From Chloroflexota bacterium (GTDB lineage Bacteria; Chloroflexota; Dehalococcoidia; Lucifugimonadales; UBA3495), in contig JAQBVF010000004.1 in the NCBI GenBank assembly GCA_027623675.1, forward strand, positions 64,001-128,000: 64,000 nucleotides of DNA, in the 5' to 3' direction. Both the position numbers and the translations under genes were made by a program. Positions 8,015-16,010 of the stretch are shown piece after piece. Position 1 is the first letter of the stretch. Each line of letters begins with the position of its first letter. Below the pieces are notes generated by a model. That model did no database searches and was not told the origin of the DNA. It worked only from the letters and a program-made list of their open reading frames with translations.

Positions 8015-8045
8015 CGGCGGGCTATTTGCCCGCCGTTATTTTTTT
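8012..8045 (+). terminator. Intrinsic terminator at the capsid stop codon
   Basis: TAACGGCGGGC-TATTT-GCCCGCCGTTA followed by T7. Confidence 0.85.
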
Positions 8046-8062
8046 CTTCCGCCGGCCCAATG

Positions 8063-8091
8063 ATGACACCCTTCTGGCTTCGGGCTATACT
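8063..8091 (+). promoter_or_regulatory. Sigma70-like promoter for the enoyl-CoA hydratase gene
   Basis: ATGACA, 17-nt spacer, TATACT. Confidence 0.5.
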
Positions 8092-8146
8092 GGCCTAGCC
8101 AGCCCAAATCGCCTAAGATCGGCTAAAACAATAGGACATCCACGCC

Positions 8147-8935
8147 TTGAACGACCAAATTCTCGTTGAGTCTGATTCTCCCATCGCCACGGTCACCTTT
8201 AACCGGCCCAGCCAACGAAACGCCATCAGCTTTGCCATGTGGCGCCGGTTCACCGACATCATGCAAGCTCTCGACGCTGACCGCGCTATCCGCGCCGTGG
8301 TGATCACCGGAGCCGGCGGCGAATCATTCTCGGCGGGGGCCGACATCCAGGATTTCGATGACTACCGGTCCGACTCGACCAAGGGCCGTGGCTACAACGA
8401 AGCCGTGAACGGGGCTCTCAAGATTCTCTCCGAAATGAACACGCCCACGATCTCGATGATTCAGGGTTTCGCCGTCGGCGGCGGCTGCGAACTGGCCGTG
8501 GCCACCGACCTGCGCATAGCCAGTGATGACAGCCGCTTGGGAATCCCGGTGGGCAAGCTGGGCATCAGTATCGGACACCGCGAGATGCGCGGCCTGGTCA
8601 ATCTGGTGGGCAAAGGAAACGCCATGTACATCCTGCTGTCCGCCCGCCTGCTCGACGCCCAAGAATCCCTGCGGATCGGACTGGTCAACCAGGTGGTCGC
8701 TCCGGGTGAGCTTCACGAATACACCTACAAGCTGGCCTCGGACATCGCATCGTTGGCGCCGCTCTCCCACGCGGTTAACAAGTTAACCATGCAGCAGGTG
8801 CAGAACAAACCCTCCCTGGAGAACCTCACGGCTGAGGAAGAGGACCTGCCCCTCACCCAGTTTGACACCAAAGACTACCTGGAAGGCTACAAAGCCTTCT
8901 TGGAAAAGCGGCGCCCCAACTTTGTTGGGGAGTAA
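8147..8935 (+). CDS. Enoyl-CoA hydratase/isomerase family protein
   Basis: FNRPSQRNAI, FSAGADI, GFAVGGGCELA...DLRIA, EGYKAFLEKRRPNF. Confidence 0.93.
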   Translation: MNDQILVESDSPIATVTFNRPSQRNAISFAMWRRFTDIMQALDADRAIRAVVITGAGGESFSAGADIQDFDDYRSDSTKGRGYNEAVNGALKILSEMNTPTISMIQGFAVGGGCELAVATDLRIASDDSRLGIPVGKLGISIGHREMRGLVNLVGKGNAMYILLSARLLDAQESLRIGLVNQVVAPGELHEYTYKLASDIASLAPLSHAVNKLTMQQVQNKPSLENLTAEEEDLPLTQFDTKDYLEGYKAFLEKRRPNFVGE

Positions 8936-8986
8936 CGTCCCAGACCGGCATCGACTCAGAGGTCAAACCAAGCTGGGAGAGACCGT

Positions 8987-9727
8987 TTGACGGCGCGCGC
9001 ACCCAAGGTCCGGGCCGACCGGCTTTTGTATGAGAGGGGCTTGGCCGAGTCCCGCGAGCAAGCCCAGGCGCTCATCATGGAGGGCGTGGTCTACACTCCA
9101 TCGGGCCGCGTCTTGAAAGCTGGTTCAACCCTGCCCGGAGATGTGGAAATTGAGGTGAGGGGCCGACTGCCGTTCGTGAGCCGTGGCGGCGTCAAATTGG
9201 CCCACGCTCTGGACGAATTTCAACTCGATGTCTCCGGACTGACTGGCCTGGACGTGGGCGCCTCCACAGGTGGCTTCACCGATTGCCTCCTGCAACGCGG
9301 CGCGCAGAAGGTCTACGCTGTGGACGTGGGGCACGGTCAGATGAGCTACGGTCTGCGGCAGGACCAGCGAGTGATCGTGATTGAAAAGACCAACGCCCGC
9401 CACCCCTTTGACCTGCCGGAGCCGGTGGACCTGGTGGTCATGGACGTTTCGTTCATCTCAATTACCATGGTTATTCCCGAAGCAACCCGGCACCTGGTCC
9501 CAGGCAGGTACATCGCCGCGCTGGTCAAACCCCAATTCGAGGCACCCAAAGAACAGGTGGGCCGCGGCGGCGTGATCAAAGATCCCAAGATCCATGCCGC
9601 CGTGTTGGGGAAGATGGTCAACTGGGCCGTGGGGCAAGGCCTGCGAGTCAGGAACATCTGCCGGTCTCCGATACAGGGCGACGCGGGCAACCGGGAATTC
9701 TTCATCCTGCTGCAAAAACCGGAATAG
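8987..9727 (+). CDS. tlyA: TlyA family rRNA (cytidine-2'-O)-methyltransferase
   Basis: S4 domain, VSRGGVKL, LDVGASTGGFTDCLLQRGA, DVSFIS, LVKPQFE, SPIQG..GNREF. Confidence 0.95.
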   Translation: MTARAPKVRADRLLYERGLAESREQAQALIMEGVVYTPSGRVLKAGSTLPGDVEIEVRGRLPFVSRGGVKLAHALDEFQLDVSGLTGLDVGASTGGFTDCLLQRGAQKVYAVDVGHGQMSYGLRQDQRVIVIEKTNARHPFDLPEPVDLVVMDVSFISITMVIPEATRHLVPGRYIAALVKPQFEAPKEQVGRGGVIKDPKIHAAVLGKMVNWAVGQGLRVRNICRSPIQGDAGNREFFILLQKPE

Positions 9728-9786
9728 GACAGACCCTGCCAGAACCCGACCAGAATCAACCAATCCGCATTAATAGGAGGTCCTAG

Positions 9787-10260
9787 ATGGACGTTTCAGA
9801 GATTGCAGAGATACTCACCGCCAGGGGAAAGACGGTATCCGTTGCCGAGGCCGACACCGCCGGTCTGATCGGCTACATGCTGGGCAGCATCCCCGGCAGT
9901 TCCAAGTATTTCCCCGGCGGCGTAATCGCCTACACCGGCGGCCTGAAAGAGAAAGTGCTGGGCGTGGCCGACGACGTTTCTCCCACCCACGGCACCGTCA
10001 GCAGCCAGATGGCTATCGGAATGGCCAAGGGGGTTCGAGAACTGACCGGCACCGACTACGCCGTGTCCACCACCGGGGTCACCGGCCCCGCCGCCGGCCG
10101 CGCCGGTCTGCCCATCGGCACCTTCTGGATCGGACTGTCGGTGAAGGACGGCGATGACACGGCCATCGAGATTCATCTTGACGGCGACCGCGACGCCTGC
10201 AAGCGCGGCGCGGCCCAAGCGGCCCTGGACCTATTGGGCAAGGAACTCAGCGCCGGTTAG
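9787..10260 (+). CDS. CinA C-terminal/PncC (NMN deamidase) family protein
   Basis: VAE..T.GLI......PGSS.YF.GG..AY....K...LGV, G.VS..MA..MA.G, STTGVTGP. AESCTGG is altered to AEADTAG. Confidence 0.85.
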   Translation: MDVSEIAEILTARGKTVSVAEADTAGLIGYMLGSIPGSSKYFPGGVIAYTGGLKEKVLGVADDVSPTHGTVSSQMAIGMAKGVRELTGTDYAVSTTGVTGPAAGRAGLPIGTFWIGLSVKDGDDTAIEIHLDGDRDACKRGAAQAALDLLGKELSAG

Positions 10261-10295
10261 CCAGATTCGATCAACTGGGCGTTTTTTCGACGGGT

Positions 10296-12644
10296 TTAAC
10301 CCGGCTCCAGGGTCTGCTTGGTCTCGTATGACGCTATGATGCGGTCCCAGTCGTATCCCATTGGAATCATCTTGACCTGACGCCAGGTGTCTGACTGGTC
10401 GGCGTAATGTGCGCTGCCGGGATGACCGGAACTGCCCAGCGGGACCACCCACAGAGAGTTCTCCCAGTTGGACGGATCATAGGAGTAGCGCGCCACCGAC
10501 AGGCTGGTGACCGTGGCCGGCGCCGATGGAGAGTAGCCGCCCTGAAGTGGAGTGTCGCCGTCGCCGCTGGTGGGTATGGCCGGCGGGTCCAGTAACCCGG
10601 CCAACTCCGGGAACGCCGCCGAAAGATTATGCTTGGGACGCGCCTGGTGTACCTTTTCCCACTTCCACTTGTCCATGTCCGCTCCCAACCGTTCTTCCAG
10701 CGTCATGACAGCGGTGGAGAGCGCTCTGGCTACCGCTGTGGGCCAGCTATCGCCTCCCGGCAGCAGCGACCGGTCGTCACGGCCGATCATCGCCACCAAC
10801 TGGGCCTTCAACCGGTTGGAGAACGAACCCAAACCCCGGTCCGCCGGGTGCCAGGCTTCCTCAGCCATGGTTTCCGTTAGATTGGCTTCCAACACGTCTT
10901 TCAGCAGGGCGTCGCGCATGGCGCTGTAGATCGTCGGGGCCACCTCGCCGGCGTCCATCTCCGCGTTCCACGCGAGCAGGCGTTCTCGGGCGGCCGCGCT
11001 GGCCAGGTCGGCGGGGGCGATCTTCTTGACCACTTCCAAGTAAGCCAACGCTGGAATGGAGACTCTTTGGGCGTGCACCTGGGCCATATCCCCGGCCGTG
11101 GGGTGGTCCAGCGATTTCAACCCCGCGGTGACGCGCTTCACCCTGAACTCCGGAGTGAAATCGATGGCTATGTAGTAGGGATAGTCGTCCCCCACCGGGC
11201 GGTTGTTGGCGGTGGCGATGTAGCCTTCCGGCGGATTTATCGACACCGGGAGTTCATCAAATGGAATGTCACCTTCCCACTCGTGTTCGCCGGTCCAACC
11301 GGGAACGGGCAGCCAGCCGTTGACGCGGGACCGGATGGGGATGCGGCCCCGGCACAAATAGCCCATGTCCCCGTGGATGTCGGCGAACAGCAGGTTGTTG
11401 CAGGGATCGACCCAGCCTCGCATGCTATCCACCAACTGTTGGCTGCCGTCGGCCCGCAGCATCTTCCACAGTATCACCGGCCAGGTGGAGGCCTGCTCGG
11501 TTGCCGTGTATTTGAAGGCCAGACCCGACCCCTCGGCAGGGTCTCCCCCAACGATCGGGCCATGCCGGGTCACGGTAACCTTGACCTGGACATCGTTTCC
11601 GCCACGGACCTTGATGTTTTCGTTGTGGGTCTCGGCGTCCAACCACTGGTCTTGGAACAGGTACTTGTTCGGCTCCCCATCCTTGAACCGCTCGATGTAC
11701 AGGTCCTGATAATCGGCGGCGGTGTGGGTGACGCTCCAGCAGACCTTGCCGTTGTGGCCGAAGTGGGGGAAACCGGGCACGCCGGGGAATGACAGGCCCA
11801 CAACGTCGAATTCGGGGCAGGCCACCTGGTTCTGATAGTAGGAGTTGGGCGTATCCAGCGCGCGGTGGGAGTCTCCGGCCAATATGGGTTTGCCGGTGGC
11901 TGTCTCGGCCCCGCACAGCACCCAACTGTTGCTGCCCGAGTCCATCTCGCCCAGGTAATTCAATCCGGCGGCGCCTTGGGACAACTCCCTTATCCCCTGG
12001 TCCAAGGGACCGGGAGAGGCCGCGCCGGGGGGTAGGATCATCAGAGAACCCGGTTCGAATCCGGGGAACAGCTTTCCGGCGGCATCGGGTCCCATCTCAC
12101 GCACCATCCGTGCCCGCCAGAGTTTTGACTCGAACACACCCATGAAGATGTGTCTCACCTTGTAGGCGATCAATCCGTCCCAAGGACGCCACGGCTCTGG
12201 TTCCAGTCCGGTGATGCCGTACTCCGCCGGCATGGCGGTCCCGCTGTCGACAAACGCGTTGACCCCGGCGGCATAGGCGTCAAACACGGCCTTAGTGTGG
12301 GTGTCCATAACCTGGTAGTCGGCTTTGGCGCTGGCCTCCAACCGGAAACGGCGCATCAGCGTGTCCTGGGCCACCGCCGGCTCTCCCACAGCCTCAGCCC
12401 ACCGGCCGGCGCCTCGGCGGCGGTCATATTCCATGTGCCACAACCGGTCCTGGGCGGTTACGAAGCCCTGGGCGAAGAAGGCGTCCAACTCTGAAGCGGC
12501 CTTGATGCGTGGTATCCCGTATCCGTCCCGGTACACCTTGACCGATCCCTCAAGACCCTTCAGGCGCACCGTGCCGGTCAGGTCAGGGATCGCCGATCTC
12601 AGGTCTCGTTCGGTTATCGTCCCGGTCTTGGTCTTGGGAGTCAT
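10296..12644 (-). CDS. Penicillin acylase family Ntn-hydrolase
   Basis: RDGYGIPRI.A....DAFFAQGFVTAQDRLWHM, GSNSW nucleophile, GKPILAGDSH, ATANNR, GSSGHPGSAHYADQ. Start placed at ATG 12644. No signal peptide. Confidence 0.93.
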   Translation of the reverse strand: MTPKTKTGTITERDLRSAIPDLTGTVRLKGLEGSVKVYRDGYGIPRIKAASELDAFFAQGFVTAQDRLWHMEYDRRRGAGRWAEAVGEPAVAQDTLMRRFRLEASAKADYQVMDTHTKAVFDAYAAGVNAFVDSGTAMPAEYGITGLEPEPWRPWDGLIAYKVRHIFMGVFESKLWRARMVREMGPDAAGKLFPGFEPGSLMILPPGAASPGPLDQGIRELSQGAAGLNYLGEMDSGSNSWVLCGAETATGKPILAGDSHRALDTPNSYYQNQVACPEFDVVGLSFPGVPGFPHFGHNGKVCWSVTHTAADYQDLYIERFKDGEPNKYLFQDQWLDAETHNENIKVRGGNDVQVKVTVTRHGPIVGGDPAEGSGLAFKYTATEQASTWPVILWKMLRADGSQQLVDSMRGWVDPCNNLLFADIHGDMGYLCRGRIPIRSRVNGWLPVPGWTGEHEWEGDIPFDELPVSINPPEGYIATANNRPVGDDYPYYIAIDFTPEFRVKRVTAGLKSLDHPTAGDMAQVHAQRVSIPALAYLEVVKKIAPADLASAAARERLLAWNAEMDAGEVAPTIYSAMRDALLKDVLEANLTETMAEEAWHPADRGLGSFSNRLKAQLVAMIGRDDRSLLPGGDSWPTAVARALSTAVMTLEERLGADMDKWKWEKVHQARPKHNLSAAFPELAGLLDPPAIPTSGDGDTPLQGGYSPSAPATVTSLSVARYSYDPSNWENSLWVVPLGSSGHPGSAHYADQSDTWRQVKMIPMGYDWDRIIASYETKQTLEPG

Positions 12645-12767
12645 GTCTACCTTCACGCTGCGGAAGAATCGGAAAATCACCCGGATAATATCATAGGGCC
12701 CGGCGCGGCTACCCACGCTGATGGCCCCGCGAGGTCTTTCCATTGTCGAGGAAATTAAAGAGGAGGA

Positions 12768-12871
12768 CCGCTCATGGTGAGCCCCGTCGAACCACCGCTG
12801 TGGATGGACCCAGTTATTCTTGACCAGGAACCTGAATGGTGCGCGTCCTTCGAGAGCCTCAGGACGAGCGG
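12768..12871. repeat. REP/MITE-like palindromic element, copy 1
   Basis: CCGCTCATGGTGAGCCCCGTCGAACC ... TCCTTCGAGAGCCTCAGGACGAGCGG. The ends are imperfect inverted repeats and match 57729-57835. Confidence 0.75.
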
Positions 12872-13028
12872 CGAGATCAACGCTAGAGCGATACTAGAGC
12901 GATAATGGAAAGCCCCTGACTGTTTCCGAGCAGGGATTGACGCCGTGCGAGTCTGGGGGCTACCATCCGACTCGTTCATGGCGTCTGATTCAAACCCATA
13001 GCGGGCATGAATAGGGGTAAACCGGACC

Positions 13029-13874
13029 ATGCAGATCACAGATCACATCTATGCCACCCATATCGAAGAAGACCCGGGGAGCTTCGGCGCCATGCACCCA
13101 GGCGGCACCCACATCTATTTCGTCGGCGACCCCAAAGATCACATGGTGATGGTGGACTCAGGCGAGCCCTACCGCTCGTGGACCCGGCAGATCAAGGACT
13201 ACCACGCCGAGCTTGGCAAGCCCAGAATATCGTCCATAGTTATTACCCACGGACACGGCGACCATATCGGCGGCCTGGACCGGCTCCAGGAGGAGTTCGG
13301 CTGCGTGGTGCGCTGCCATCCCAAGCTGGAACCGGCGCTGACCCACCGTCTGGGCGAAGGCAACGTTGTTAAGCTCCGTTCCCGAGAGTCGGTCCCCACC
13401 GGCGGCGGGGCCAAACTCAGGGCCCATTTCACCCCTGGCCATGAGGAAGACCACGTCTCGTATTACATGGCCGAAGGCAAGGTGATATTCAGCGGGGACA
13501 CCATCCTGGGCAACTCTTCCTCCAGCGTGCGGAACCTGAAACAGTACATGACTTCTCTGGAGACCCTCGCCGGGTTGAAGCCGGAGATCCTTTGTCCGGG
13601 CCACGGCCAGGTGCTGAACAAAGGCACGGCCAGGGTGGAATGGTACATTCGCCACCGGACCGAGCGGGAGGAACAGGTGCTGGCCGCGCTGGCTAAAGGA
13701 GTGGATTCGGTGGAGGAGATCGTAACCGCGGTCTACCCCAGGAACCTGCGCCGCAACCTGCGCGCGGCCGCCGGCCGCAACGTCCGCACTCACTTGGACA
13801 AGCTGATCGAAGAGGGCCGGGTCGACGCCTCGCAGGTCAAGTTCTCAATCGCAGCTCCGGGAAAACGGACCTAG
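13029..13874 (+). CDS. MBL-fold metallohydrolase (LACTB2-like)
   Basis: THGHGDHIGG, TPGHEEDH, FSGD, PGHG and a C-terminal winged-helix-like segment. Confidence 0.9.
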   Translation: MQITDHIYATHIEEDPGSFGAMHPGGTHIYFVGDPKDHMVMVDSGEPYRSWTRQIKDYHAELGKPRISSIVITHGHGDHIGGLDRLQEEFGCVVRCHPKLEPALTHRLGEGNVVKLRSRESVPTGGGAKLRAHFTPGHEEDHVSYYMAEGKVIFSGDTILGNSSSSVRNLKQYMTSLETLAGLKPEILCPGHGQVLNKGTARVEWYIRHRTEREEQVLAALAKGVDSVEEIVTAVYPRNLRRNLRAAAGRNVRTHLDKLIEEGRVDASQVKFSIAAPGKRT

Positions 13875-13878
13875 CCGG

Positions 13879-14082
13879 ATGCAGTTCAGAATGAATAACG
13901 CCAGACCCAGCGCCGGCATCGGTTGTGGCGGCCTGGTTGCGGTCTTGGGGCTGGTCCTTATATCGCCGATCGGAGAGTTCCTGATCAGCGGTATCGGCTG
14001 GATATTGATCGTGATTGGCGTGTTCGCCGTCCTGTCCGGAATCTACTACTGGTTCAAGAACAATACCGGCGGGGGAGTATAG
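13879..14082 (+). CDS. Small membrane protein (2 TM)
   Basis: Two hydrophobic helices. Starts 4 nt after the MBL stop and is followed by a terminator. Confidence 0.65.
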   Translation: MQFRMNNARPSAGIGCGGLVAVLGLVLISPIGEFLISGIGWILIVIGVFAVLSGIYYWFKNNTGGGV

Positions 14083-14120
14083 AACCGGACCCTGCCGGCG
14101 GTAAAAAAGGCGGTAAAAAT

Positions 14121-14157
14121 AAGAAAGGCCGGGGCTCATCTGCCCCGGCCTTTTCTT
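14121..14157. terminator. Bidirectional intrinsic terminator
   Basis: AAGAAAGGCCGGGGC-TCATCT-GCCCCGGCCTTTTCTT between convergent genes. Confidence 0.85.
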
Positions 14158-14176
14158 CCGTGCTTGTAACCCCTGC

Positions 14177-14560
14177 CTAACCCGAGCGTTCCAGCAGTTC
14201 GATGCGGACGTCTCCCGGTGCGCGGACGAAGGCGATGCGCAGTCCCGGCCGCAGGTCCTTGGGCTCCATGGAAAACTCCGCGCCCTTGGACTTCAAGTCG
14301 GCTGCCGCGGCTTCCAGGTCCTCCACCCGGAGTCCGAAATGGTCCAGACCCAGGTGGGGGTCGACCGGTCCGGCCGGGGTGGTCGTTTCGGCCTTGGCAA
14401 TGAAGATGATCAGCCCGTTGATGTCGATATCGACCCTGGGTTGGCCGTCCGACTGGATGGACTCCATGATCTTGGCCCCGAACATCTTGTTGAAGTACCT
14501 AGCAGTCTCGATGGGTTCCTGGCTGCGCAGGTGTATGTGGTCGTAGCTATAGGTAACCAA
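14177..14560 (-). CDS. VOC/glyoxalase family protein
   Basis: YDHIHL, GLDHFGLRV.DL, AFV..PGDVRIELLE. TTG start at 14560 with an AGGAG RBS. Confidence 0.88.
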   Translation of the reverse strand: MVTYSYDHIHLRSQEPIETARYFNKMFGAKIMESIQSDGQPRVDIDINGLIIFIAKAETTTPAGPVDPHLGLDHFGLRVEDLEAAAADLKSKGAEFSMEPKDLRPGLRIAFVRAPGDVRIELLERSG

Positions 14561-14603
14561 TGGCGCTCTCCTGGCTTTTTCTCCCGGCATTTAATGCGGC
14601 GGC

Positions 14604-15803
14604 CTACCGGGCGATCCCGTAGGCCACCGCTTGCACTTCCTTGTCCTCGTCTTGCCGCATCCGGTTGCCTAAGGCGACTATCATGGCGCCCATGGCGGTA
14701 TCCGACCAGAACCACTCGTGGATCTCACGGTCGGCGCCGTCGGGCCTCTGGGCCATGCGGGCCTCATAGTAGAAGGCCTTTAGGTCGTCAACACAATAGC
14801 GGATGAACTGGGGAACGGTGAAATCCTGAGGCCGTTCTTTCATGTCGGTCTCTTCGCCGCTGATGTAGCCCTCGAGGAACCGGATAACCCCCCGGAACCG
14901 CCGCTGCGGAATGGTGCTCAGTCCCACGGCTGTCCGCCCGGCGTGGGCGTTGCTCCACTGCTCGTAGTAGGCCCGCAGTGAAGTTAGTTCGTCGGCCGCG
15001 TTAAGATTTTCTTTCTCAGAGGTGTTGGTTCTTTCGGAACCCTGAATCAGGATGTCCGGGACCATATCGTCGGGAAGCTGCTCCAGGACCGGCCCTTCTT
15101 GGCGGTCTAGGAGGTCGAAAGTGGCCTGCAATACCCGGTGCTGGTATTCCGGGTTGTCGGGCTCGCCCAAGGCATTCCCGAAGAAGAAGGGCACGGCCAA
15201 CATGCGGGGCGGTTTCACCCGCTGGGCATGTTCCTCGATCAGGACGATCCCGGTGGTGGTCAGCCCAAACTCTTCAAGCACACGCGCAATCACGCTTACA
15301 GCGTGAGAGCAGGCCGGTCAAGTTGGGGTCAGCAGCACCACCTCAACGCCCTCGGCCTTGAGACGACGCGCGACCTCCGGCCCCGACTCCTCGATGATTC
15401 CAGTCACGTTCCGAAGCGCGCCCATGAAGGAGTAATAGTTGTCCGACAGGGAGCCAATCTTCCCCTGATCGACCAACTCAGGCAGGCGGTCGATGGGGAA
15501 GGTGACGTTGATGTCTCGGTAGATGCCGGTATGGTCGAACCCGATACTGGTGTGGCTCTGGATGATGTCGGCGGCGCCGGCGCTGCGAGGGATGACCCGG
15601 AAGGACGTGTCCCCGCCTCCTTTGTGGTCGGCGATGAAGGGTTTGTCGCCCCGCACATGCAGCCCCGCCGTGGTAACCAGGCCCAGTTTGCTCTTGGACA
15701 GCGGTTTGGCCATGGGGGTCCACGGAGTGTCGTCATGCTCAACGCACGGCCACATCAACATGCTCTTTCTCTGAATCTCGCTCAGGGCCGATAGCTTTGG
15801 CAT
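14604..15803 (-). CDS. PrdB/GrdB-like reductase selenoprotein B homologue (UxxC, TGA 15320-15318, codon 162) with an extra C-terminal domain
   Basis: ORF-track pieces 15318-15887 and 14604-15293 are in one frame, separated by one TGA. Readthrough gives VLLTPT-U-PACSHAVSVIARVLEEFG. PrdB motifs KPLS..KLGLVTTAG, D.SFR.IP, D.N..FP.DRL..L...GKIG, PPR.L.VPF..G..LG.P. AGGAG RBS before ATG 15803. Confidence 0.9.
15290..15306 (-). promoter_or_regulatory. Bacterial SECIS-like hairpin for the PrdB-like gene
   Basis: Minus strand TCACGC-[TGTAA]-GCGTGA, a perfect 6-bp stem. GU in the loop, which starts 17 nt after the UGA. Confidence 0.72.
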
Positions 15804-15858
15804 AACAACTCCTAGATAGCCGACGATAACGGCTAAATTTCCAGTGCGAATCGCCCTA

Positions 15859-15887
15859 AAAGTATGCCCTGGCCCAGGGGATGTCAA
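15859..15887 (-). promoter_or_regulatory. Possible sigma70 promoter for the PrdB-like/VOC genes
   Basis: Minus strand TTGACA, 17-nt spacer, TACTTT. Confidence 0.4.
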
Positions 15888-16010
15888 GCGTGGCGGTCGA
15901 TACCCACCGGGCGCGTCCTGCGTTTTCCATCACCGCCAGTTATAATGAGCGCCAGATAATTCACCGGATTTTGGGATACCCCCAGAGCAACAGGAGCCAG
16001 AGAAGCCTAA

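Noticed and set aside
15960..16010. GAGCCAGAGAAGCC upstream of cbiA, loosely like a B12 box
   Set aside because: The other conserved cobalamin riboswitch elements are not recognisable. An Rfam scan would be needed.
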